From Ancylonema sp. (taxonomy: Eukaryota), in contig JBFLGF010000019.1 in NCBI GenBank assembly GCA_050230475.1, forward strand, positions 1 through 64,000: a stretch of 64,000 nucleotides of DNA, written 5' to 3'. Within the stretch, counting starts at the first letter, position 1; each line of letters opens with the position of its first letter. Positions 11,501-22,300 of this stretch are shown one piece after another. The notes beneath the pieces were generated by a model. That model did not search any database. It saw only the letters and a program-made list of their open reading frames with translations, and had not been told where the DNA came from. The position numbers and the translations under genes are program-made.

Positions 11501-14500
11501 GCAAACGTGGGCGATTTTGTTGAGCGCCCTCTGCGCCGCCTCCCTGACGTCCACGTGTTCCTCCCCCAACTTGGCCAGGAGGGGGGGCAGCAACTGCAGC
11601 AGCAGCCCACCCTCCTCCACCCCAACGCCACCCACGGCAGTCGCCACGTCCCCCAACCCATCCATGAGCAACTGATGAAGACGAGCGTTGTCGGTGAGAA
11701 GGCCAAGAGGGGGATCCGAACCGCCCCCCACCCCCACATCCACTGCCAGATCCCACAGGCGGGGGGAGGTCAGATCGCGGATCAAACCCTCCGCAAACGT
11801 CAGGACCTCTTCCCCCCCCCCCTCCCCCTCCCCCTCCCCCTCCCCCCATTCTGGTTCCTCCCTCCACTTCCCCGACGCCCCCAACAGAATCGCAGAGGAA
11901 ATGATAGCCGCACTGCTGGCGGATCGCTGCCATTGGCCCAAAGACTCCCCCTCCTCTTCCCCTGTGGGACCCACTAACAATTTCTGGAAGGGGTCCAGAA
12001 GAGAGGCTAAGGCCAACCCTCGAGCTGGGGGGGGGGGGGGGGGGAGGCAGGATTCAGTACTGGCAGGATGCTGAATAGACGTCTGCCACTTGTCCCATGG
12101 TTGTGGGAGGTCACCTCTGGCCGCCATCTGTCCGCCGAGGCGGATGAGGGTGAGAAGAGCGGAGAAGAGGGGGGGGGAGGAGATGAAAGTCAATCCGGGG
12201 GGCATTCGGACACCCCTCTCCCCCCCCCCTCCCCCATCTCCCCCGCGTCCGCTTCTCCACCCCTTGTGGTTGGCCGGTGTAGGGTGGGTGGGGAGCAGGA
12301 GGGTTCCTAGGATGGCACCCCCTGGAGAGTCGCCGTGTGTGGACGTGTCAAGGAGGAGGGGGGGGGGGGGGGAGAAGGAAAGAACAGAAAGGAGAGACTC
12401 GGAAAGGATGGACAAGGAGTCCTGGAGGGGGCGGGGAGAAAGAGGGTAGGGGTGGGGGGTTAGGGTCTGGGAGTGTGAGTGACGGTTTGTGGCACTTGGT
12501 TCCTGTGTGCTGACCTGGCGCAAGAATATGGCGGCTGCCACCTGGTGTGGTCCTGCCACGTGGCACGCGGCCAGTAGCTGGTGGATGTGACGTAGCGCAC
12601 CTTCCTCCCCGCCTCCCCCTTCTCCCCCCCCTAGCGCTGCCGGCAGCCCCTCCACCAGACTGCAGGCAGAGAAGTGGGAGGCACAGTAGGTACACCTCTA
12701 TACTCCCCTTTCCTCTCTTCCTCTCTCTTGTTACCTGTCCAGAATGGCGGCCATCATGCGGCGAGGCACACGGAAGGTGCCACCTGGCGACTGGCCCTCC
12801 GCCAGGGGTCCCATGGCGGACAGCTGGCGACGTGCCTCCTGCGCCACCTGCGGCCACGTGTCGTAAGCCAAAGCAAAGAGGCATTCCTGCGGGGGGGGGG
12901 GGGGGAGCAACGAGGGGAGTGAGAGGAGGGAAGTGGAAGAGTGTTGTGGGCCCCACCAGGGGCATGGAAGGAGGGGGTTCCCTACCATGATGCCAGGTAC
13001 AGCTGGCATGCACGTGTGTCCACACGTGCGCAGCAGTTGAGAGCACACCTCCACCAAAACGGAGCGCACGCCAACACCAACACCACTGCAAGAGACCAAC
13101 TGGAGAGAGGAGAGGAGGAGAGAGGAAAGGGGGAAAGAGGGACAGGGGAAACAGGTCCCAGGATCAGTTTTCTCTCCCCTCCCCCCCTCCTTTCCTCCTT
13201 CCCTCTTTCCTTACCGATGGAAATGCCGTTTTAAGCAGAGCTGCCGTGCGCCTCCCTGTCTCCGCCAACCAGGACTCATCGCGAACCACGCGCAGCTTAC
13301 TACCCACCCCCGCACTACCCCATCCCTTCCCCTTCCCCCTCCCCTCTCCCTTCTCCTTCCCCATCCCCTCGCCTTCCTCCACGGCCGTCGGCCCCCTGAT
13401 CGCCATCTGTCTCATAGCCGCCAGTGCCACGTCAGCAGACTGCTCCTCTGCCTCCTTCCTGCCAGGTGTCGCCACGTCGGTCCCCAGTGTGAGTTGGAGT
13501 AGGTCTCCCATCGCCCTCACCGCCTCTGCGCACGCCTGTGTGCTGCCCCCCGCCCCTGTGGTGGCCCATGCTGCGGTCGGCCCCCCAACCGCGTGCTGCT
13601 GGCGGCTGCAGCCCCTGGTGGGTGCCATCATGGCCTTGGCCAGCCCCGAGGCGACACCTGGCAGAAAGAAGGCAAGCGCGTCAGCAGTGTGCACCTGCAG
13701 GAGAGCAGGAGAGGGCAACAGGAAGCGACCAAAGAACGTATGAACGTATGAACCACAGAGGGATGCCAGCTGTACAAAACACAGCAGGAAGCCCTAAGAA
13801 TACTTGAACAAGAAACAACCGGACGCATTGCACTTTATGTGGCCTGCGATTCACTCCGCACAACCATCTTTCTGTGTTTGCAGATATCCTTCTCTCCCCC
13901 TTGCCCCAATCTTACCCCTAGTGAAGGTGTACATGTAGGGTGAATTCCACTCATTATAGAGTGGCCCAACTATTCTCTTACCCCTAATTATGTTGTTACC
14001 CTAATTGAATGAAAGCCCTGTCTGTATTGCAACCCTGGTTATATTTTAACCCTAAATACATCTTAACACTACATACATCTTAGCCCCAGTTATGTCATAA
14101 CTAGAGTGGGGGTTAACCCTTAACCTCGAGGTTAATATCCTGAGTTAACCCGCTTCCCAAAATCAGGGTCAATACTTTGGGGTTACGGGTTGAACCTCAT
14201 GTAGCCTGATAACCTTAGGATTAATCAGGGTCAATCAGGGTTCATCAAGGTTATGTTAGAGCTAATTTTGCCGCCAAGACGGTATTTCCGGGTAACTTCC
14301 GGGTACACAAAAACCTTTACATAGTCATATTGTGCTTATTTATTACCTGTCTAAATTTACACAAATCTTCTGCCCGATTTCGGGTGGAAACGTGAAATCT
14401 GACGTGGTAATTAATAACCTGTCCGAATCACAAAAAACACCCGGTCCCGACATTATTATTTTGGACAGGTTTTACTATCTTTCAAGGTATTGGGGTTCAC

Positions 14501-15707
14501 AACCTCAATGATCAGGATTATTCAGGGTAAATCGGGGTTAATTCAGGGTGAATCAGGGTTATTTCAGGGTTAGTACTCGACCTGGCATAAAAAATGGGTT
14601 ACCCCCACTCTAGTCATCACCCTAGTTTCATAATTCCCCTTATCTTTCTTCCCTCTTTCTCCCCACCTTCTTCACCGCGATTCTGAGCGTCATGACCGCG
14701 GTCACCCGAACTGTCCGACTCCCCCCCCCCCCCTTCCCTGCCTCCTCCTCCGCCACCTGCAGCAGTAGGGAGAACAGGTGGCCGACCCCAACTGCCATCT
14801 CCTCCGAACGCAGGGCTGCCAGGGGGCACCCCTCTGAGACTCTGCCACCTGGCGCCTCGTCATCGGGCGCGGCGCAGCGACACGAGGGGCGGGAGCAGGG
14901 GCGGAGGGCGGAGAAGAGGGAGTGGAGGGAGAGGAGGGTGGCCAGTCGGAGCTCCTCAGAGGTCTGGGAGGGGGGAAGCTGGAGGGGGGGGAGGAGGCGG
15001 AGGAGGAGGGAGGAGAGCTGGAAAGGAAAGGAAGGAGGAAAGAGGGGTGAGGGGGTGGGGCACAGGGGGGTGGGGGATTGGGAAGGGAGGGAGAGGGAAA
15101 GGGTGGGGAGGGACCTGTTGAGGAGAGCGGAGGGATACCCTTCTTAGTGCAGCAGCGATACATTCTGCGGCGCATTCGGCGGTGAGGAGGGGGGGGGGGG
15201 GGGCAGCAGAGGGGGTGGGGCTGGGGGTAGAGTCAAGGAGAAGGAGGAGGGGGAACAAGGCGTAGCTGGGCAGGGGGGGGAGGGCAGGAGGGGGGCAGTA
15301 GTCTCAGCAGTATGCCGTTGGAGGGGCCAGTATGCTGCCAGAGAATCTCAATTTTTGGGATTTAGAGTTCAAAAGTTGAGACCAAGGGTTGAAGTTTAGG
15401 GTTACGGGTTACGGGTTACGGGTTACGGCCCTTACTCGAGACATGCTTCCAGCCCAGCCGCAGGCACAGTCTCGAGAGCGGATTTTAGGATCTTGAGCGC
15501 ACTCAGCTGCTTCTGCTTGTTCTGCCCCGAAGCCGCCGCAATAACCGCCGTGGTTAGCGGGCGGAGCGTCTGGAAGGTTACCCGGGTGGCACGCTCGCGA
15601 TCTTCTGGTGAAAGCGGAGGGGGCGAGGATGCACGGAGGAGTGGGATGGCAACGTCATCGTCGTCGGGAGGAGTTCCTCCATTGGTCGAGAGGGAGAGGT
15701 CCGGCAT
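8577..15707 (-). CDS. TTI1: TELO2-interacting protein 1 (TTT complex, HEAT/ARM repeats), multi-exon
   Basis: Exon fragments match plant TTI1: ADALAFFLPGVASGLAK (~13690), VGALVVANVDYVIEILCRGLRHLSLHP (~11200), RLLPRVHMVWP (~9700), SGGRFVARR (~9380) and VDRDAVW (~8900). ATG at 15707, TGA at 8577-8579. Confidence 0.88.
9487..9541. repeat. (AAAATA)n microsatellite in a TTI1 intron
   Basis: About nine perfect hexamer units are visible. Confidence 0.95.
14102..14612. mobile_element. hAT-type MITE in a TTI1 intron
   Basis: TIRs TAGAGTGGGGGTTAACC and GGTTACCCCCACTCTA. 8-bp TSD GTCATAAC / GTCATCAC (1 mismatch). Subterminal AACCC/CAGGGT motifs. Confidence 0.85.
14306..14477. mobile_element. Tc1/mariner (pogo-like) MITE nested in the hAT MITE
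   Basis: Collinear similarity to 16130-16302 (GCCCGATTTC, AATCTGACGTG, CCGGTCCCGACA, GACAGGTTTTA). TA at the left junction. Confidence 0.7.
15395..15428. repeat. Telomere-like TTTAGGG(TTACGGG)n repeat in TTI1 intron 1
   Basis: TTTAGGGTTACGGGTTACGGGTTACGGGTTACGG sits next to the first donor site. Confidence 0.8.
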
Positions 15708-15751
15708 GAGTGGCAGCTTCTGTTCGTGACGCTCGGAAGTGTCGGAACCAT

Positions 15752-15800
15752 GAGCGGAAGAGCGGACGAGCGGAAGAGCGGAAGAGCGGAGGAGCGGAAG
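15752..15800. repeat. (GAGCGGAA)n 8-bp tandem repeat just upstream of the TTI1 start
   Basis: About six near-perfect units. Confidence 0.9.
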
Positions 15801-16129
15801 CCTGGAACGTGTGTGCGATCGCGCTGTGAGCGACGAGGAAGTGACAGATAGACAAATAGTGGGAAAGCGTAGGATGAGGTGTCACGTGGGATGAAGTGGG
15901 TAGGGGACGACGGTAGGAATGCCCACCTAAAGTTATTCGGTGGATTGCACCAAAAGTGAGTGGACGAGGGATTAAGAACACAACAAAAACACACAGGTAG
16001 AAAATGGATTGAGAGTACAAGTCGTGAAATAGGAATTCGTGGCATTCGCGGCAAAAGTCAGAAGATTTTGAAGAAAATCACGGAACCCCAATTCATTTCC
16101 ATTATCAGCCAACCCCTCTCATACACATA

Positions 16130-16302
16130 CATTGAAACCTGTCCTAATTAATACTGTGCTAATTATTAACCTTTCCTAACTAATAGAAAAATTGCCGCCC
16201 GATTTCCGGGTTATCACAATGAATCTGACGTGTCATTTAATACCTGTCTTAATTGACAATATTTTCCGGTCCCGACAGTATCAATAAAGACAGGTTTTAT
16301 TG
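16130..16302. mobile_element. Tc1/mariner (pogo-like) MITE
   Basis: TIRs CATTGAAACCTGTC..AATACTG and CAGTATC..GACAGGTTTTATTG, flanked by TA on both sides. Confidence 0.8.
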
Positions 16303-16314
16303 TATCGGCCTTTC

Positions 16315-16700
16315 TGTTGTGCGGGGAGCCCAACGAAACCCTTTGGGCTGCGGGCTCTGCTGAAGCCGAGCCCAAGATCGCTAATTTCGGGAGCCGGGAG
16401 CCCGGAGCTCAAGATCTGGGCTCAGATCCTACCCGGAGCTCGGCTCGGAGCCCAAAATTCACCCACAAAAAAAAAAACAAAAAAAAACATCGTTTCTCTC
16501 CTGGCCGTAGGATCCGTTTGCTTTCCCGCATTTTTCATGAATTGATGAATCATGAGCTCCGAGCCCGGATCTTACGCTCCGACATGGGCTCCGGCGTTTA
16601 GCTCGGAGCCTGAGGAAAAATACCCCTTTGGGCTCCGGGCTCAATGAGCCCGGATCTTGGGCTCATTGGGCTCATTGGGCTACGGGCTCCCCGCACACTA
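16315..16700. mobile_element. hAT-like MITE with GAGCCC/GGGCTC subterminal motifs
   Basis: Inverted ends TGTGCGGGGAGCCC and GGGCTCCCCGCACA. Numerous GAGCCC/GGGCTC motifs around an A-rich core. Confidence 0.7.
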
Positions 16701-17171
16701 CACCCCCAGACATGAGTTCCCAGCTACCCATCCGCGGCCGTCCTACAACGTCCGCCCAGGAGGGGGTATGGCCCCGTGATGGGCTCCCATCCGCCACTAG
16801 CCAGCCCTCCCCACCGCCCGTGCCGAAGAACATCCCCCCACGCCAGGGCAATTCGACGGGTTGGTTCAAGTGTTCCGTCGATACAACTCAAACCTCGACG
16901 TAAGAAACGTCGGTGCAATAAACTGTCTTTCTTTTTTTCTCTTTGACGTTTTTACACTCGAAATAGGATTGAAGTAATAAATATTCGCAATGAAAAAAAC
17001 AGTTTAGTCGTTTTTTTTTGTTTTTTATATCGGGGTTAGAGTGTATGACGACATGAACACAATTAGAAGTGTTTTATCGTAATATCGAGGTGTTTTCAAG
17101 AATGTGTAACGGATTTGGCACTAATATTTGATGTAAGTGCCGCTTCATTGAGAGAAAGAGGATATGAGGAT

Positions 17172-17421
17172 TAGGGTTGTTACCTCCGCGCCAACCGTGC
17201 GGTGGCCAACCCCGACCGCGTTTATATAGGTAACGGTTGGCCCTCCCGGGTGGCTTTTGGCCAACCGAAAGCCAACTCCCACCCGGTTGGCGACCCCCCA
17301 CCCGGGTGGGATGCGGTTGGAGCGGTTGGGTGCGGTTGGGGCGCGGTTGGGTGCGGTTGGGTATATTCAAAAGAAGAAGAAGAAGAAAGAAAAAAAACCT
17401 CTTCATTTGTTTGTAACCCCT
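17172..17421. mobile_element. MITE-like element with CCAACC/CGGTTGG motifs
   Basis: Repeated GCGGTTGGG/CCAACCG motifs. Weak inverted ends (TAGGGTTGTTAC..GTAACCCCT). Confidence 0.4.
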
Positions 17422-19335
17422 CTCCCTCCCTATAAGAACATGTTTAAAATAGAGTATGGCGCACATACTTCTTTTCATAGTTTCTTCTTTCAATATCTCT
17501 GTATCATATGTGAAGGGTTCCGTTCGGATACCATTCGGTGCCTACATCTAATAATTACTTTTCACGTGCTCGTTTTGAGAGCCATCCTCATTTGGGATGG
17601 TACTCCTTTTTAACGTGTTTGTTAGACAAATACATCATTGTGCCACACTCGTAAATCCATTTTTGTTTCATTTTCCATACTTCTCCACATCGTAATAGAG
17701 CGTTCTCATGCGGGGATACCAAGGGGACAATAACAATGTGTTTATATTGTCATGTGTGTTGTTTACTCTACCAATAAGAATATATATGTCACGCTTCCTC
17801 ATTGAGGAAGCGTTAGCACCCAATTGTGCTCGATATATGTCAAGTAATATAACTTGTCTTGGTGTTTATTATATATGTTATATGTGCTTTGTGAAATGTG
17901 TGATACAAGTACGTGAGGACTCCAACACACGCCAAAGCACATACTCTAACTTTCACATGGGAAGAAAATAATCCTTCGTATTGAAGATTGTAGTATGCAT
18001 CAACGAGTTACGCTCAAGTGGTGGCGTTATTGCAACCATGAAAATGCAACAGGCGCAATTTACGAGCATATAAATGGACTTGAATTACATTTTTTTAAAT
18101 TTAACACGTCCACACATGCAAGATACTTCATATTCCTATGCCGCATGATCAGCCCATTTATGTCCACCCTTCGTCAGTTTAGGACCTTGTGGGGTCTGGG
18201 CAAAGCTCAGCCCACCTCTCTGGACGAGGCAGTCGGTGGACACCAGGGTCGCAGAGAATGTAGGGACGTGCAGAGCAGTGAGAGGGACGACGAAGAAAGA
18301 ATCGCCGTTCTTCACTCGAATGTGCACGAAGCCTGTGCCCTCGACCTTGTGAGGCGTGCCGTCAGCCGTGTGGATGAATGAGTGCTGCATCGGGACGTGT
18401 GTCGTACTCGACGAAGTGGTCTTTGTTTGTGAAGACGTGATCGGTCGAGCCTGAATCCAGCCACAGATGCGAGCAATCAGTTCTAGCTGCCATGGCAATC
18501 CGTGCATCAAATGAGAATGCTGCATAAGCGCTAGGGATTTGGATGCATCGAAAGGTGTGTCTGAGCATGCAGCAAGTCAAGCTTGAGCTTGTTCACGAAG
18601 ATTAGCATCAGGTGCAGCCAATGTGCCATGTCAGATCTACGCTTCATGCATTCTACCAATGTATGCCCGAGCTTATCGCAGTATCTACATTTTGGTTTAG
18701 GACTGCCACTTCCCTGGCCAGCCGGTCTTCCACCTCCCCCTTGCCGTTGCTGTCTACAGTGCGATAGCTTGTGGCCGATCTGGTTGCAACCATGGCACCT
18801 CATCGGCGGACGTGTAGGGCAGTCCGACTTGAGGTGGCCATACTGGTTGTAGCCGTAGCACTGAACTCTCGTCAAGTCGCGACTTCCGGGACCGCCACTC
18901 CCACCAGGTCGACTTGGGCCAGCTCTCGAGCCGCCCGAGTAGCCGCCTTTCCCCACGAAATTGGTCTGCTGCCCTCCCGGCAGCACCCCTCTCTTGCGGT
19001 CGTTGCAGACCTCCCGTCGATCGCCAGCAGACAAGGTGCTGACGGCCTGAGGGATCGTCAAGAGTGTTGGCGCAGATACCGCCCAAGACATCACACTCTC
19101 CACGCGCGCGCTGTAGCGAGTGTTGAGAGAATTCAAGAAGTTTATGGTCTGCTTCGCGGGCTTGACTGGCTCTCCCAGATGCCCCACGGTCATGCAGCTC
19201 CTGAAGCCGCTTCACGTAGTCGCTCAGGTCCTCAGCCTCCCCCATGATGATCGCCGTGAGCTCAGCTTCAGCGTTGGCGATCTCAATGGCTCCCTGAATG
19301 TCGTAGAAGGCTTTCAAAGCGTCCCACATATCCTG

Positions 19336-22300
19336 TATAAGCTTTTGAGTGATTAGACGTGCCGGAATAATTAGGTGGGCGACAAAACGAACCGTACGCA
19401 AAAGGATCTCTCTCACTCATGATCAACGAGACAGGAGTTGCGGGTGTGGAACGAATTATTATTGTGATTGCATCGGGGATGGTAATACCCGATGCGCTTT
19501 AAAGATTGTTGTGTGCCGACGGTCGGCACAATTGACCGTCGGCCTATCATTGACTGACAGAGCTCTTCTACATGTCAACGGCACATGCCGGACATTTTCT
19601 GACACGACTAAACAAGCCAGTCACGACGCTTCAAACAAATAACGTCTCTAAGCGTCGGAAACATGTCAGGTGTCCGGGCACACACTTGCCCGGCCCCGCA
19701 TACAGGCACATCTAGATTATTGCTCCCGGTTAGAGTAACCGGTCACAACTGGACTAGCACGCATAACATATGGCTCTCCAAAATATTCTAACACACCCCC
19801 TCGGATGCCATGCGTTGGCATAGATGCAGACATCAAAAGGAGTACCCGTCATTGCCAAAACATGGCAGAACCATCACAAACATATAAACAGTTTTGTACT
19901 TCCCTAGCATACAAGTGTGCTAGGGGATTCTATCGATATGCAGCCGTTCGGAAGAGATCGGAAGACGATCGGAAGCCATCGGACTTCAGAAGACGATCGC
20001 TCCAGATCCTTAGTCGTTTTTCGGGCCGAAGCCCTGCACATACAAACAAATGCCACAAGTTAGGCGAAACACAAAAAAACTTATGAAAATATTTTTGATT
20101 TCTTTAACTTTTTCAACTTCACGATTCTGAAACTTCACACTTTCCAGTCACAAAAATCTTAAAACAACATAACTTCAAAATTACAAGTCCTATCAGCACC
20201 AACTTTTGACACAAGTTTTGCAACAATGATTAGGACATACATACGAAAAGAAAACTGACAAGTTTAAAGTTGAGCAGATTCACTTTCTGATTTTAAATGT
20301 ACTTAAGCGTTTTCATGTGTCTTTTAGAGGTATTTGGGTGAAAATGTGACTAAGCTGGATGAGCTGAAGTTGGTGTACCCGCCCCATTACTTCTGCCTGA
20401 AAAGAAACATAACAACACACCCCCTGCCAACATGCATGGCATTCGAAACCTCTTCGATCATAAAAAAAAATAAAAATAAACGACTGACACCCCCTAGTTC
20501 AGTATAACCGTCCACATCCTAGACTTTTGCTGTGTCTGTCCAGTAAAACTTGGGTAGAGCTTTAGTTAGCATATCTGCTAGTTGATTTGCGCCTGCAAGA
20601 TACACATATTTTAGTCTCCCCGTGCTGTGGCATTCCCGTACCCGATATACCACATTAAAATGTATTGCTTTCTGTCTTTGCACAGGATTCTGGATAATGG
20701 AGAGAGCTGAGGTTGAATCAGTGTGGATTGTGATTTGGTGTGGGAATTTGAGTTCTTTCAAGAGATAACAGCATTCTTTAGACACACTACAGGCAGCATA
20801 TACTCAGCCTCAGCAGTGCTCTGTGCAACAGTTGACTTTCTGTGACTTCCAACTCAGTGTTGTCCCCCCCAACCGTGGTTACCCATCCAGTGACCTTGAC
20901 TTCCCTGTCATGCTACAACTGTTCCATGATGCATCGCAGTAAACCCCTTTACTTCAAATGTGTCTTTTCCCACAAACGTCAGTCCGTGGTTGACAGTTCC
21001 CTTTAAGGTATCTGAATAGTTGATTGTAGAGCCCTTATGTGTGCCACCCCAGGATTTCCCATGTGTTTTGCCAGTACCCCAAGTGCATACCCGATGTCCA
21101 GTCTGGTTTGTTTCATGGCATATATGAGTGATCCCACTTTCCCACGAAAGTCTGTTATTTCTTCAGGGGTAGGGGGAAGAGTTGGTTCATCATTCTGTGT
21201 GAATTGAGTTCCAGGGGCGAGTGGGAGTTTGGTTGGATTACAATCATGCATCCCATAGCGTTCAAGCACTCCCCTTAAGAATCCTGACTGTCCCAGTGTG
21301 AGCAGTCTTCTCTGTCTATCCCTCTTCACTTCCACCCCCAGGATATGGGTTAGGGGACCCAGATCCTTGACTTTGAACTTTTTACCCATATCTTCTTTAA
21401 AAGTTTTGACGACCATTGCGTTAGGACCTGTGATCACCTGATCATCTACATGTATTCCCAGTATGATTCTGCTGACTGCTTCCCCCCTCATATCTATACA
21501 TGTGTCCATTACGCACTGTTTAAACCCTTCAGATATCATAAACTTTCTGTACATTTCCTGCCATTCGTGGCTACTCTGCTTTAGCCCGTATAAAGCTCCC
21601 TTCCGTCGTAAGACCTTTCCCTCAGCACCCCCATTGATATACATTTTCATGTAAACTTCTTCCTCCAGACGTCCATGTCCATGCAGGAACGCTGTGATTA
21701 CGTCCATCTGTACCAATTCCCAGTCATATTGGTTTGCTATAGAGAGGAGTAGGGTGATAGATGTACTGTCGATTACTGGTGCAAATACTTGATTATAATC
21801 AATACCCTCTTGCTGTAAGAACCCCTGTGCGACCAGTCTGACTTTATATCTTTCAATATCCCCCTGTGGTGTTGTTTTGACCTTAAACACATATCTGCAC
21901 CCCACAGCCTTTTTACCTGGAGGAAGCACACACACCTCAAAGGTGTTGAACGTCTCCAGGGCTGCTAACTCCTCCACAGCCCTGTCCCACTGGTCCCAGT
22001 CTCGCCTCATCATCGCATGGTTGATGAGTGGCTCGGAGGAGTTGCTGTTAGATGCTACGCACGCGTAGCCCGGATCCACAGGACCGTTGAAGCCAGTGTA
22101 GAAACTGCTGCTGGGCTCCCACTCAGTCGCTGAGTAGTTGGCGTGTGCTGCGTCGTCATCGAACTCCTCCCCATCATCACATCACATGAGGTCCCCATAC
22201 TCCGCAAAGTTGGCGGCTCGCCTTCTAGCCATCACCCGATCAGCTACGCTGCTGCCAGGCTCCCCCACATCTGGGTTCGCACCCCCTCCTTGCACCTCCT

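Noticed and set aside
8356..15258. Many Pro/Ser/Gly-rich ORFs on both strands
   Set aside because: Shadow frames of the G/C-run-rich TTI1 exons and introns.
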